Source of the DNA: an uncultured Gammaproteobacteria bacterium
GTDB lineage: Bacteria; Patescibacteriota; Microgenomatia; UBA8517
Direction: 5' to 3'
NCBI GenBank assembly: GCA_964463425.1
Contig: CAYXBV010000001.1
Location: forward strand, 55,547 to 119,546
Length of the DNA: 64,000 nt
Position numbers and translations under genes: made by a program. This document shows positions 31,782 through 41,423 of the stretch, piece after piece; position 1 is the stretch's first letter, and each line of letters opens with the position of its first letter. The notes beneath the pieces were generated by a model. It was not told where the DNA came from and searched no databases. It saw only the letters and a program-made list of their open reading frames with translations.

Positions 31782-32692
31782 ATCCTCATCGGCTACGAGC
31801 CTATATCTATTTAATAGTTGTTGCCGCGATATGGGGTATCGCTGGCCCAATTATTAAATTCACCCTACCTAGTCTTCCCCCTCTCATATTTCTTACTTAT
31901 CGGTTTCTACTTTCAACAGTTACTTTCTTGCCTATTGCTTTATTAAAAAAAGCCAAAAGACCAGCCAAAGCTAAAGACTTTATTACCTTAACCATAATCG
32001 CCCTGCTAGGTTCTAGCATCAATCTTAGTTTTATTTTCTACGGATATAGTTTCACCACTGCTCTTGATGCCTCACTGCTTTCAGCCACGGGTCCTATATT
32101 TGTCGTAACCGCCAGCGCATTATTTTTAAAAGAAAGAGTTACCAAAAAAGAAAAGATTGGCATCCTTATCGCTTTTCTTGGCACATTAGCAATTGTATTT
32201 CAACCCATTGCTGGAAACAAAGCCCTTGTCTATGAAAACATTTTTGGCAATTTTCTAATTATCGCCTCAAAACTAACCTGGGTTTTATATATTCTTCTTA
32301 CCAAATCTGCTCTAAAAAGAAAATTTGATCCTCTTTATATGACGATGTACACGTTCTTTGTGGGTTTTGTAACTCTACTTCCCTTAGCCATTATTCAGGC
32401 AGGATCGTTTTTTAAATTGGCCACATTAATTATCAAAACCCCTATACAAGCACACCTGGGCGTCGTCTATATGGCCTTATTGTCAGGCTCACTGGCCTAC
32501 TTTCTTTACCAAAAGGCTCAAAAAACTATTGAGGCCTCAGAGGCAACTCTCTTTATGTATCTTAGTCCCCTTTTCGCCGTCCCCTTAGCCGTGTTCTGGC
32601 TTGGTGAAGAAATTACCTCTTTTTATCTTATCGGAGCAGCTATAGTAACTACAGGTGTAATAATTGCCGGACACAAAAGAAGAACAAAATAG
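31778..32692 (+). CDS. EamA/DMT family transporter
   Basis: About ten TM helices in two EamA repeats (IWG, RF, P.F, FLKER, LGE); ATGA overlap with the hisS stop. Confidence 0.9.
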   Translation: MNPHRLRAYIYLIVVAAIWGIAGPIIKFTLPSLPPLIFLTYRFLLSTVTFLPIALLKKAKRPAKAKDFITLTIIALLGSSINLSFIFYGYSFTTALDASLLSATGPIFVVTASALFLKERVTKKEKIGILIAFLGTLAIVFQPIAGNKALVYENIFGNFLIIASKLTWVLYILLTKSALKRKFDPLYMTMYTFFVGFVTLLPLAIIQAGSFFKLATLIIKTPIQAHLGVVYMALLSGSLAYFLYQKAQKTIEASEATLFMYLSPLFAVPLAVFWLGEEITSFYLIGAAIVTTGVIIAGHKRRTK

Positions 32693-32747
32693 ATTGATTA
32701 TCTCAGCCTCACTTGCTATAATTTACACCTAAGAAATAGAAAATCAT

Positions 32748-33062
32748 ATGAAAGCTAAAATACATCCCAAATGGTATAAGGACGCAAAAGTAACTTGCGC
32801 ATGCGGTAATACCTTTACTGTGGGTGCCACTGTGCCAGAAATTAAGGTCGAGGTTTGCTCAGAGTGTCATCCTTTTTATACTGGCCAAATGAAGTTTGTC
32901 GACACAGCTGGACGTGTAGATGCCTTTAGATCTAAGCAAGCAAAAGCAAAAAAGAAAGTATATTCTAAAACTGAGAAGAGACGACTTAAAAAACTAAAGA
33001 GAATTAAAGAAGAAGAAAATAAGCCAAAATCTTTGGCAGAACTTCGTAAGAAAAAAAAATAA
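32748..33062 (+). CDS. rpmE: 50S ribosomal protein L31 (Zn-binding form) with a basic C-terminal extension
   Basis: [27 protein letters not shown]. Confidence 0.95.
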   Translation: MKAKIHPKWYKDAKVTCACGNTFTVGATVPEIKVEVCSECHPFYTGQMKFVDTAGRVDAFRSKQAKAKKKVYSKTEKRRLKKLKRIKEEENKPKSLAELRKKKK

Positions 33063-33080
33063 AGAAACCTCATTCATAAC

Positions 33081-33776
33081 ATGAATAGTCAAAACGAAAA
33101 AGCATATATCGAAATCAGGTCTGCTGCTGGCGGAGATGAGGCAAAAATTTGGGCAAGTGACCTAATCAGAATGTATACCCGTTTTGCTACTAAAAACAAT
33201 TGGAAGATAAGCAATATTGCTGAGAATACTATACAAATCACTGGACCAAATGTTTTTAAGCTACTAGAAAATGAGTCTGGTGTACACAGGGTTCAGCGGG
33301 TACCAACAACCGAAAGGCGAGGAAGAATTCATACATCAACGGCAACTGTGGCTGTTCTACCTGAAATTAAAAAGGGTGAAATTGAAGTTGATCCACGAGA
33401 TCTCGAAGTTCAATTCTATCGTTCTGGTGGTCATGGAGGCCAAAATGTTAACAAGGTGTCAACAGCCGTTCGATTAACCCACAAGCCAACTGGAATTGTT
33501 ATTTCTTGTCAACAAGAAAGAACACAACTCCAAAATCGTGAAATTGCAACCGATCTTTTGAAAGCCAAACTTTGGGAAAAATTAGAAGCCGAAAAAGAAA
33601 AAACCGTTGCTGGATATAGAAGCGCTATTGGCCGCGGAATGAGATCTGAAAAAATTAGAACATACAACTACCCCCAAAACAGGGTTACGGATCATCGAAT
33701 TAAAAAATCTTGGGGCAATTTAGATGCAGTTGTTAATGGTGATCTTAAAAAGATAGTTAATTTCGTAAAAAAATAA
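33081..33776 (+). CDS. prfA: Peptide chain release factor 1, lacking N-terminal domain 1
   Basis: [25 protein letters not shown] (PxT), [34 protein letters not shown]; only 231 aa. Confidence 0.88.
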   Translation: MNSQNEKAYIEIRSAAGGDEAKIWASDLIRMYTRFATKNNWKISNIAENTIQITGPNVFKLLENESGVHRVQRVPTTERRGRIHTSTATVAVLPEIKKGEIEVDPRDLEVQFYRSGGHGGQNVNKVSTAVRLTHKPTGIVISCQQERTQLQNREIATDLLKAKLWEKLEAEKEKTVAGYRSAIGRGMRSEKIRTYNYPQNRVTDHRIKKSWGNLDAVVNGDLKKIVNFVKK

Positions 33777-33780
33777 TCCC

Positions 33781-35031
33781 CTATTCTGACAATAATTTTA
33801 TTGCCTCTTGAAGCTGTTCGTCTTCGGCTGTCTCTAAATCGTCTACTATTTCAACATCAGGTACTAATCCTCCATCATTTACCCAAAACCCGCTCGGTGT
33901 TAGCCATTTCGATATCGTAATGTGTAATCCAGACCCATTACTTAACTGTTGAGGCTCTTGAATGGTTCCTTTTCCAAAAGAGGTTTCACCAACAAGTTGC
34001 ATATTCCTACCATCCCTTAAAGCACCTGCCAAAATTTCGGATGCCGAGGCCGATCCTCCATTAATAAGAACAACAGTAGGCTTTTCCAGTAATTTACCTA
34101 TGCGCTCAACCAAGAAATCATAGTTTTCCCCATCAGCCATGGCTTCAGTAACAACCACACTTCCGTTACTCATAAACTCTGAGGCAATATCAACCGAAGA
34201 TTGAAGATATCCTCCTGGATTATTTCTTAAATCCAAAACGATTCCTTCTATCCCAGGTCTTTTGAGCACTTCGACAACTGCTTCGTTCCATTCACTTTCA
34301 GTCTCCGCTACAAATTTTAAAATCTTAATATGAGCAATACTCTCATTTTCCCCTTCGTAAGCCAGAGAAACACTGGGGATATCGATATTTCTTCTCACGA
34401 TGTCTGCTTCAACAGGGTCTTCACTACCGATTCTAATTAAGGAAAGAGTAACTGTAGTTCCAGCCGGCCCCCTGATTATCCTCACTGCCTCTGGAAGAGT
34501 CATCTCCTGTGTGTCCTTGTCAATCTCTTTAATTTCGTCTTTTATATTTACAATGTAATCCCCTGCCAATACGCCCGCCTTTTCTGCGGGTGAACCAGCG
34601 AGCGGAGCAACAACCGCCAACTGCCCATCTTTAAAACCAATCTGAATACCAACACCTTCAAAACTTCCAGAAAGATCCTCTTGGACAACTTTGTTTTCAC
34701 TTGGAGGCAAGAATATTGTATACGGGTCTCCCAAAGATGAGACCATTCCCTTTATCGCTCCATAGACCATTTCGCTGTCAACCAGTTTATTATCGTCATA
34801 GTAGCTTTCGTCTAATGAATCCCACACTCTCCAGAATAAGGAGAAATCAACACTTTTTTCGGGAGGGGTCTGTCGCGATATGGTTACAATCGGAAAATGC
34901 GAAAAAGAAGCCAAAAATCCCTTTCTGCCAAAATAAAATCCTACTGATACACTTGCACCAATAACAACAACGGTTAAAATTACTTTTCTTAATTTACCTA
35001 GACTAATTCTGGGAATCGGCAGAAATTTCAT
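33781..35031 (-). CDS. S41 family C-terminal processing protease (CtpA)
   Basis: DPYT, PDZ (GVGI..SPAEKAG), LDLRNNPGG, SASASEI, FGKGTIQ; ATG 35031 likely. Confidence 0.93.
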   Translation of the reverse strand: MKFLPIPRISLGKLRKVILTVVVIGASVSVGFYFGRKGFLASFSHFPIVTISRQTPPEKSVDFSLFWRVWDSLDESYYDDNKLVDSEMVYGAIKGMVSSLGDPYTIFLPPSENKVVQEDLSGSFEGVGIQIGFKDGQLAVVAPLAGSPAEKAGVLAGDYIVNIKDEIKEIDKDTQEMTLPEAVRIIRGPAGTTVTLSLIRIGSEDPVEADIVRRNIDIPSVSLAYEGENESIAHIKILKFVAETESEWNEAVVEVLKRPGIEGIVLDLRNNPGGYLQSSVDIASEFMSNGSVVVTEAMADGENYDFLVERIGKLLEKPTVVLINGGSASASEILAGALRDGRNMQLVGETSFGKGTIQEPQQLSNGSGLHITISKWLTPSGFWVNDGGLVPDVEIVDDLETAEDEQLQEAIKLLSE

Positions 35032-35047
35032 ACAAAAACTAATTGTT

Positions 35048-35281
35048 TTATACTCTTGAAACAAACGGAAGAAGCCCGAGGTGTCGTGCTCTTTTTATAG
35101 CAATCGACAAACGCCTTTGGTGTTTTGCACAAAGCCCCGTTCGACTTTCTCCTATAATTTTCGACCTGTCTGTCACAAACTTCGAAAGAGTCTTGTACTC
35201 TTTATAATCAGGATTTCTTTCTGCCTTACAAAAAGGGCAATGCAAAGCCTTTTTCTTTCTTCGTATAATTTTCTTTTTCAT
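35048..35281 (-). CDS. rpsR: 30S ribosomal protein S18
   Basis: CPFC, DYK, KI...RTGLCAKHQR..AIKRAR..LLP. Confidence 0.95.
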   Translation of the reverse strand: MKKKIIRRKKKALHCPFCKAERNPDYKEYKTLSKFVTDRSKIIGESRTGLCAKHQRRLSIAIKRARHLGLLPFVSRV

Positions 35282-35289
35282 AATGAGTT

Positions 35290-35796
35290 TTAAAAAGGAA
35301 TCTCGTCCTCGTTCTCCGTTTCTTTTGTTGCTGTGGAGCCTTTATCTTTCTTGGTTGTTTTCTTTGCCTTAGCTCCTTGTTCCCCACCTTGGTCAACAGG
35401 TGCTTCTTTGTTTTCCGGCACTCCCTTATCTGGATAGTCAAATCCATCTTCAGATGCGCCTCTTTTTGAATCCAAAATAATCATGCTAAAAATTACAATT
35501 TCTGTCGTAGTTCTCTTAACTCCATCTTTACCTTCCCAACTTCTTGTTTGCAATCTTCCTTCAACATATACTTTTCTTCCTTTTGCCAAAAGCTGTGCAC
35601 ATAATTCAGCTAACTTATTCCAAGCAACAATACGGTGGAACTCAACATCTTCTTTTTTCTCGCCAGACTCTGTATTCCATTGTCTGTTTGTGGCTATACT
35701 AAAAGTACATACAGCTGCACCTTGTGGTGTAAAACGCATTTCGGGATCTCTTGTTAAATTTCCTATTAGTGTTGCTTTGTTTAAACTTCTAGACAT
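35290..35796 (-). CDS. ssb: Single-stranded DNA-binding protein
   Basis: NKATLIGNLTRDPE, VEGRLQTRSW, C-terminal DEIPF; rpsF-ssb-rpsR order. Confidence 0.97.
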   Translation of the reverse strand: MSRSLNKATLIGNLTRDPEMRFTPQGAAVCTFSIATNRQWNTESGEKKEDVEFHRIVAWNKLAELCAQLLAKGRKVYVEGRLQTRSWEGKDGVKRTTTEIVIFSMIILDSKRGASEDGFDYPDKGVPENKEAPVDQGGEQGAKAKKTTKKDKGSTATKETENEDEIPF

Positions 35797-35799
35797 TGT

Positions 35800-36093
35800 T
35801 TATTTCTCTTCTTCTTTCTTGACCAATAAATATCTAATAATGCTTTCTTCTAGGTTCAGTTTTTGAGGAAGCATTTTGACAGCTGCTGCATCCAATTTTA
35901 AATTATAATACAGAAATATACCAGTGTCGTTTTTGTCAATGTCGTAGGCTAGTTCTTTCTTTCCCCAGTCTTCGACCTTGCCCAGTTTTCCACCAGCAAT
36001 TTTCACTATTTTCTCAATAGCTTCTTGTGCGCTCTTGGTCTTTGCAGCCGTTGCGCTTCCTGGCAATACTAGTGTTAGTTCGTAATCTATCAT
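35800..36093 (-). CDS. rpsF: 30S ribosomal protein S6
   Basis: YEL, WGKKELAY.I, IIRYL; ATG 36093 likely. Confidence 0.93.
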   Translation of the reverse strand: MIDYELTLVLPGSATAAKTKSAQEAIEKIVKIAGGKLGKVEDWGKKELAYDIDKNDTGIFLYYNLKLDAAAVKMLPQKLNLEESIIRYLLVKKEEEK

Positions 36094-36135
36094 ATTAATA
36101 TAAGTTAGCACGTTGAACGTGCGAGGGAAAGTATA

Positions 36136-37071
36136 TCAACTCCCCACTTTAAACTCAATCACATCCCTATCTTTTACTAAATAATCTCTTCCTTCTAGTT
36201 GTATTTTCCCTTTTTCTTTAGCCTGTTTCCATCCGCCTGATGCTAATAAATCACTTATATCAATCGCTTCTGCTTTAATAAATTTCTGAGCAAAGTCTGT
36301 GTGAACTTTTTCGGCAGCCTCAAATGCGGTTGATCCGCGAACTATACTCCAAGCATGAACTTCTTTTCCTCCCTTAATTGTGTAAAAGGTTATGAGATTT
36401 AGTAGTTTATAGGCAACACCTATTAATTGACTCAAACTGTCTTCTTGAACCTTAAGAGAATTAAGATACTCCCTCTTTTCTTGTGTTTCCAAATCTATAA
36501 ATTCTTCTTCTAGTTTAGCTGACAATATAACAACTTCGCTTTTGTATTTTTTCTCAACTTCTGTTTTTGCCTTTAGTATTTCCTTATTACCCATCTTTTC
36601 TTCGTCTGCGTTAATAACATAAATAGTTGGTTTCTTGTCTATCTCTCCTAACTCTAGTTCTATATTAACTGTTTCTATGTCTTCACTCATTTGCTCCAAC
36701 GAGCCAGACTCATGAATGGGGTGCTGGTGAGCAACATTGGGGTCTTCAAACGCACGTACAACATGAACAACAACATCAACCTCTCTAATTTTAGCTAGAA
36801 ACTGATTCCCTAATCCTTCACCCTTATGCGCATCTTTAACCAGACCAGCAATATCAATAAAAGTCACTGCGGCTGGTACTGTCTTGTCTGGATTGATTAA
36901 CTTCGAAAGCTTTTCTAAATTTTCGTCAGCAACAATTGCCACGGCTTCATGTGGATCTATGGTTGTAAAAGGCCTAGATGCAGTTTCCGCCAAACGCCTA
37001 CTAATCAGCGCATTAAACAGCGTTGACTTGCCTGCATTGGGTAATCCCACAATTCCGACTTGTAAGCTCAT
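36136..37071 (-). CDS. ychF: YchF/OLA1 ATPase with an internal deletion
   Basis: GIVGLPNAGKSTLFN, PFTTIDP, DIAGLV, GEGLGNQFL, TGS domain (HTDF..FIKAE, EGRDY.V.D.D). Confidence 0.92.
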   Translation of the reverse strand: MSLQVGIVGLPNAGKSTLFNALISRRLAETASRPFTTIDPHEAVAIVADENLEKLSKLINPDKTVPAAVTFIDIAGLVKDAHKGEGLGNQFLAKIREVDVVVHVVRAFEDPNVAHQHPIHESGSLEQMSEDIETVNIELELGEIDKKPTIYVINADEEKMGNKEILKAKTEVEKKYKSEVVILSAKLEEEFIDLETQEKREYLNSLKVQEDSLSQLIGVAYKLLNLITFYTIKGGKEVHAWSIVRGSTAFEAAEKVHTDFAQKFIKAEAIDISDLLASGGWKQAKEKGKIQLEGRDYLVKDRDVIEFKVGS

Positions 37072-37077
37072 GTCTGG

Positions 37078-37087
37078 ATTATATAAT
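37078..37087. promoter_or_regulatory. Bidirectional -10 element ATTATATAAT
   Basis: TATAAT on each strand, each exactly 6 nt from a divergent ATG (37071 minus, 37094 plus). Confidence 0.65.
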
Positions 37088-37093
37088 TTAGAA

Positions 37094-37417
37094 ATGACTA
37101 AATACAGAGAATACTACGAAAAAATGATTAACAACAACAAAGAGTTGTTTGATAAATTTCAAATGGTTCATGATCGGTATGCTCTCGATGAAGAAAAATG
37201 GCAGGAGGAATATAACAAAGAGGGAGGAAAAATCCTTGATGTCATAAGAGAGTATGAAAACAAACTGTGTTCTCAATCTGAAAAAGGAGGTTATTCGCAC
37301 TTCACCCCAAAGTTATCTGAGAAATTTCGAGCAGAGATAAAAAAACATTTTTTAATGATCGAACACATTGGTATTAAAGTTGAGGTTTTTGAAGTAAAGA
37401 AAATTAAACTCACTTAG
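37094..37417 (+). CDS. Hypothetical protein
   Basis: MTKYREYYEKM...LSEKF..IKKHF.MIEHIG; the upstream part of the tracked ORF overlaps ychF antisense and is excluded. Confidence 0.7.
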   Translation: MTKYREYYEKMINNNKELFDKFQMVHDRYALDEEKWQEEYNKEGGKILDVIREYENKLCSQSEKGGYSHFTPKLSEKFRAEIKKHFLMIEHIGIKVEVFEVKKIKLT

Positions 37418-37910
37418 TCGATCGCGCCAAAACTTCATCAAAAGCAATAAACTTCTCATGAGCTTCTTTCATCTTAGGATTGGTCTCACGAAAATCTCGA
37501 ACCCAATTTTTGGCAAATTCTTTCCATATTTCGTGGGCACCCTCAAATCCCTTTTTTCCACTCCAGTCATGTTTCTGAAGAACATCTCGAGCTATTACAA
37601 GCTGCTTTCTAATCTCTTCTGGGGTTTCCTTAAAATCTATTTCCAAAGACAATCGACCTAATATGCCGTTTCGTGAATATTCTATTTCCTTAGGCAAATA
37701 TTTGTCTGAAAACATTGTCGTATAAAGAGCATTCCCATCATCATTTAAGATAAGTGACATTACATCACCCGCAATAATGGTATCTGGATTCTCGCCAGCT
37801 TTTTGCGCTTCATCACGCAATATTTTTGCTTTTACAGTTGGGTATTTTATCCAATCTTGATGTTGTTTTAATAGTGTCTCACTTATCCCGTTGTCAACTA
37901 ATTCTGACAT
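37410..37910 (-). CDS. Hypothetical protein
   Basis: 166-aa ORF directly downstream of the HAD gene. Confidence 0.65.
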   Translation of the reverse strand: MSELVDNGISETLLKQHQDWIKYPTVKAKILRDEAQKAGENPDTIIAGDVMSLILNDDGNALYTTMFSDKYLPKEIEYSRNGILGRLSLEIDFKETPEEIRKQLVIARDVLQKHDWSGKKGFEGAHEIWKEFAKNWVRDFRETNPKMKEAHEKFIAFDEVLARSTK

Positions 37911-37911
37911 G

Positions 37912-38565
37912 TCATTTTATACTTTCTAGTGCCTTGGACGTTATTTCGTTATAGCTATAAATAGTTTTATTAGCCTTGCCCAATAATTTAGCATGATCAT
38001 CACCTCTTGCTATGGCAATTACTTTCATACCGGCGTCTCTTGCCGCAACTATACCCGCCTCCGTATCCTCCATAACCAAACAATTTCCAGGGTCTATCCC
38101 TAATTTGTGTGTCGTTAAAACGAATATTTCAGGATCTGGTTTTTTACAATTTACCTCTTCAGCTGTAGTTATTGTTTCAAACACTCCTTCTAAGTCTAGT
38201 GTGTCAAAAACTTTCTCAACAATAGGCCAATTATTAGACGTTGCTAAAGCAACAAGAATCCCAGAATCTTTTAGGTCTTTAATAAAATCAATTACCCCCT
38301 CTTTAAGAGTTACTCTTGATAAAAGCCTAAGATACGCTTCCTGAGTTTCACTCGAAAGTTTTTTTATACTCTTTTTTGTTTTTATTTTGTGTTGTGGAAT
38401 TAATTTTCGCCAATTTTCATCCATGCCAATACCCTGTATGTGAGGAAAATCTGAGTTAGTTTCTATCCCAAGATTTGATAATACTTCCTTGAAGGCAATC
38501 CCATACTCATCTTCGTTATCCAATACCGTCCCATCTAAATCAAATATTACTGCTAGTAGTTTCAT
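37912..38565 (-). CDS. HAD family phosphatase (beta-PGM/CbbY-like)
   Basis: IFDLDGT, LATSN, KPDPEIF, EDT..GI.AA..AGM. Confidence 0.92.
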   Translation of the reverse strand: MKLLAVIFDLDGTVLDNEDEYGIAFKEVLSNLGIETNSDFPHIQGIGMDENWRKLIPQHKIKTKKSIKKLSSETQEAYLRLLSRVTLKEGVIDFIKDLKDSGILVALATSNNWPIVEKVFDTLDLEGVFETITTAEEVNCKKPDPEIFVLTTHKLGIDPGNCLVMEDTEAGIVAARDAGMKVIAIARGDDHAKLLGKANKTIYSYNEITSKALESIK

Positions 38566-39986
38566 TTTTTTATTATTGTAACTTTGGGGCCAGTGGAGGT
38601 ATCTTCAACTAAATACCCTTTCTCGAGTAATGCTTTTCTTTTTACGTCTGCCTCTTCATATTTGCCTTCTTTTCTCAATACTTCTCTTTCTTCTGCCAGC
38701 TTTAAAACATCAGCTGGTATTTTAACTTTTTTAATCTCATATTCTCTTAGCCCCAGTCCCAAAACCTCATCAAAAGACAATGCTAAATCGTATTTATCTC
38801 CGGACGGAATATTGCTTTTCAACATTTCCCACAATACTGCAAGCGCCCTGGGCGTATTTAGGTCGTCATTGATAGCCGTCGTAAATCTAATCCTGTAATC
38901 GTCAACTTTCTTTTGTTTCTCTGGCGATAAAGTTGTTCTAATAGATTTCCCCCTATACCCCGCCACTTGTTCTCTAAGCTTCTTAAGAGCTGTTTGAGCA
39001 GCCCCTAAACTATCCCATGTAAAGTTAAGTGAATCCCTGTAGTGAGCGGTTAAATAGAGGTAACGAAGAGCTATTGGATCAAAACCTTTTTTCTTCAAAT
39101 CCGAAACAGTATAAAAATTGTTTAAGCTCTTACTCATTCTTTTGCCATCAACCTTAAGAAAAGTTACATGGATCCAATAGCGAACAAAGGGTTTACCTGT
39201 TGCCGCCTCTGATTGGGCAATTTCATTTGGGTGATGAGTAGACCTAAGGTCTTCGCCTCCTAAATGAATGTCAAAACTCTCTCCCAGATATTTCATGCTC
39301 ATGGCAGAACATTCTATGTGCCATCCGGGAAAACCTATTCCCCAAGGGCTCTCCCACTCCATCTGTCTTTCGCCTGGGTTTTTAGAAAATTTCCACAAAG
39401 CAAAATCTCTTGCATTTTTCTTTTCTGGATTCTCTCTCACTCTTGCCCCTTCTAATACCTGATCAAGTGTTGATAATTCTCCATATTTTTTGCCAGTCTT
39501 CTCTTCGAAGCCCTTTGTGTCAAAATATATTCCATCCGACGTTTTATACGTAACTCTTTTTTTCTCAAGAGTTTCAATTAACGCAATTTGTTCCTTAATA
39601 TGATCTGTGGCCTTCGTAAATTGAGATAATTCTTGCAAATGCAAAGCCTTAAAGTCAGCTAAAAATGTGTTCGTGTAGTGTTTAGTAATATCTGTAGCTG
39701 TTTTTCCTTTTTCTTTTGCTGATTTTTCAACTTTGTCTTCACCAACGTCCGAATCGCCCACAAGGTGACCTACGTCTGTTAAATTCATGATGTACTTTAC
39801 CTTGTACCCATTGAACTGGAGTGTTCTATAAAGAATGTCAGCAACTGCATATGTGCGAAAATTTCCGATAGTTGCATATGAGTATACTGTTGGACCACAA
39901 GCATACATACCAACCTCTTCTGAGTTAATGGGTTCGAATTTTTCTTTTTTCCCAGTAAGACTATTTGTTAAATATAAATCAGCCAT
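38562..39986 (-). CDS. cysS: Cysteinyl-tRNA synthetase
   Basis: CGPTVY, TIGN (HIGH-like), DFALWK, PGWHIECSAM, HHPNE, RMSKS. Confidence 0.97.
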   Translation of the reverse strand: MADLYLTNSLTGKKEKFEPINSEEVGMYACGPTVYSYATIGNFRTYAVADILYRTLQFNGYKVKYIMNLTDVGHLVGDSDVGEDKVEKSAKEKGKTATDITKHYTNTFLADFKALHLQELSQFTKATDHIKEQIALIETLEKKRVTYKTSDGIYFDTKGFEEKTGKKYGELSTLDQVLEGARVRENPEKKNARDFALWKFSKNPGERQMEWESPWGIGFPGWHIECSAMSMKYLGESFDIHLGGEDLRSTHHPNEIAQSEAATGKPFVRYWIHVTFLKVDGKRMSKSLNNFYTVSDLKKKGFDPIALRYLYLTAHYRDSLNFTWDSLGAAQTALKKLREQVAGYRGKSIRTTLSPEKQKKVDDYRIRFTTAINDDLNTPRALAVLWEMLKSNIPSGDKYDLALSFDEVLGLGLREYEIKKVKIPADVLKLAEEREVLRKEGKYEEADVKRKALLEKGYLVEDTSTGPKVTIIKK

Positions 39987-40011
39987 AAGAATATTTTACC
40001 CTAAATTGTTC

Positions 40012-40476
40012 TCAGCCAGAAGGGGGCATGCGTATTTCCGCTTTTGTTTTCAGTTTCTTTAATTTACCCTTCATTCCTCGTGCCGCCCCTCTTGAAGGTT
40101 TACCTGAAATTACTGATGTCTGTCTTTGCCCTCTTTCTTCCTCCTCTTTTTGCTCTTCCATTTCCTCTTCTCGTAACTTGATTGCTTCTTTGTGCTTATT
40201 TTGTTTTCGTATATCTTCCATTTCTACCTCCAAAGCGTTTAATATACTTTTGCTTTTTGCTTTTATTTCCTCTTCTTTTATTACCGGTTCTCCTGTTTGG
40301 GGCTTAACATTCTCTTGAGGAGTATTGCCTGCAGGTCTAGTTTCTGTCTCTGCTCCAGACACCTGTTTCCCCGCCGTTTTTAATATTTCAAATGGTTCTC
40401 CAACTACTTGCTTCGCGGCTTGTTTAGCAATTTTTTTCGCTGAACTAGACACACCTGATTTAATTCCTTTTTTCAT
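40012..40476 (-). CDS. Hypothetical charged coiled-coil protein
   Basis: 154-aa K/E-rich ORF between recR and cysS. Confidence 0.65.
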   Translation of the reverse strand: MKKGIKSGVSSSAKKIAKQAAKQVVGEPFEILKTAGKQVSGAETETRPAGNTPQENVKPQTGEPVIKEEEIKAKSKSILNALEVEMEDIRKQNKHKEAIKLREEEMEEQKEEEERGQRQTSVISGKPSRGAARGMKGKLKKLKTKAEIRMPPSG

Positions 40477-40482
40477 AGTTGT

Positions 40483-41100
40483 TTATATACTTCTCCTACC
40501 CTCTATTGCTTGTTCCAGAGTAGTTTCGTCTGCGTATTCTAGGTCTGCTCCTGTGGGCACTCCCATTCCCAGTCTCGTCACTTTAAAAGCTCCATTTCCA
40601 TCTGCAATTTGTGCTTTTAGTTTTTTGGATATATACATAGCCGTTGCCTCTCCTTCCATGGTTGGATTGGTGGCAATAATTATCTCTTTAATATTTTCGT
40701 CTTCCTTCGCTCGAGTTAATAAATCATCAATATAAAGTTCATCGGGGCCGATATTTTCTAAAGGGCTGATGCTTCCGTGTAGAACATGATATCTTCCCTT
40801 AAATTTCCTTATTCTTTCAAATGCCAATATATCCAAGGGTTGCTCAACAACCAAGATTGTTTCTTCGTTTCCCCTTTCTCCCGCACATATTGGGCAAGGA
40901 TCGGTTTCGGCAACATTTCTGCAAATCGAACATAGTGTCGTATCTTTTTTGAGTTGCGTTAACGATCTGGCAAACATATCAAGCTCTCCCTGAGGAACAT
41001 GGAGTAAGTAATAAGTTAGTCGTTGCGCCGTCTTCGGCCCAATACCCGGAAGTTTTTGAAAGGATTCAATTAACCTAAGAAGTGGTTTTGGTATTTTCAC
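40483..41100 (-). CDS. recR: Recombination mediator RecR
   Basis: LPGIGPKTAQRL, C4 Zn finger, YHVLHG, ATNPTMEGEATA, LEYAD. Confidence 0.97.
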   Translation of the reverse strand: MKIPKPLLRLIESFQKLPGIGPKTAQRLTYYLLHVPQGELDMFARSLTQLKKDTTLCSICRNVAETDPCPICAGERGNEETILVVEQPLDILAFERIRKFKGRYHVLHGSISPLENIGPDELYIDDLLTRAKEDENIKEIIIATNPTMEGEATAMYISKKLKAQIADGNGAFKVTRLGMGVPTGADLEYADETTLEQAIEGRRSI

Positions 41101-41133
41101 TATATAAAATTATACTATTTTTACAAACAGGGG

Positions 41134-41418
41134 CTACATTTTGCCTAGAAGTCCGGAAAGTCCACCGCCCATTTCGAGCATTTTCTTGGCAGCCTTTTTC
41201 TGCACTTTTTTCATTGCCTTGTTTGCTGCGTCAACTATGTCTTGTCTCTCTTCCCCGTCAACCTTCATGTAGGCCAACTTTTGGTCTCCGGTTACTTTTA
41301 CCTCAACTTTTCCTACGCTGAGCGTCTCTGTTATTTGCTCCAATTCTTTTTGGAGATCTTTTGCTTGTTGGCGCATTTTGTTTAATTCGCCTAATTGTTT
41401 TACTTTATCGAATGCCAT
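41134..41418 (-). CDS. YbaB/EbfC nucleoid-associated protein
   Basis: Q.Q..L, V.V.V.GD, A.N.A pattern; dnaX-ybaB-recR synteny. Confidence 0.88.
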   Translation of the reverse strand: MAFDKVKQLGELNKMRQQAKDLQKELEQITETLSVGKVEVKVTGDQKLAYMKVDGEERQDIVDAANKAMKKVQKKAAKKMLEMGGGLSGLLGKM

Positions 41419-41423
41419 ATTTT

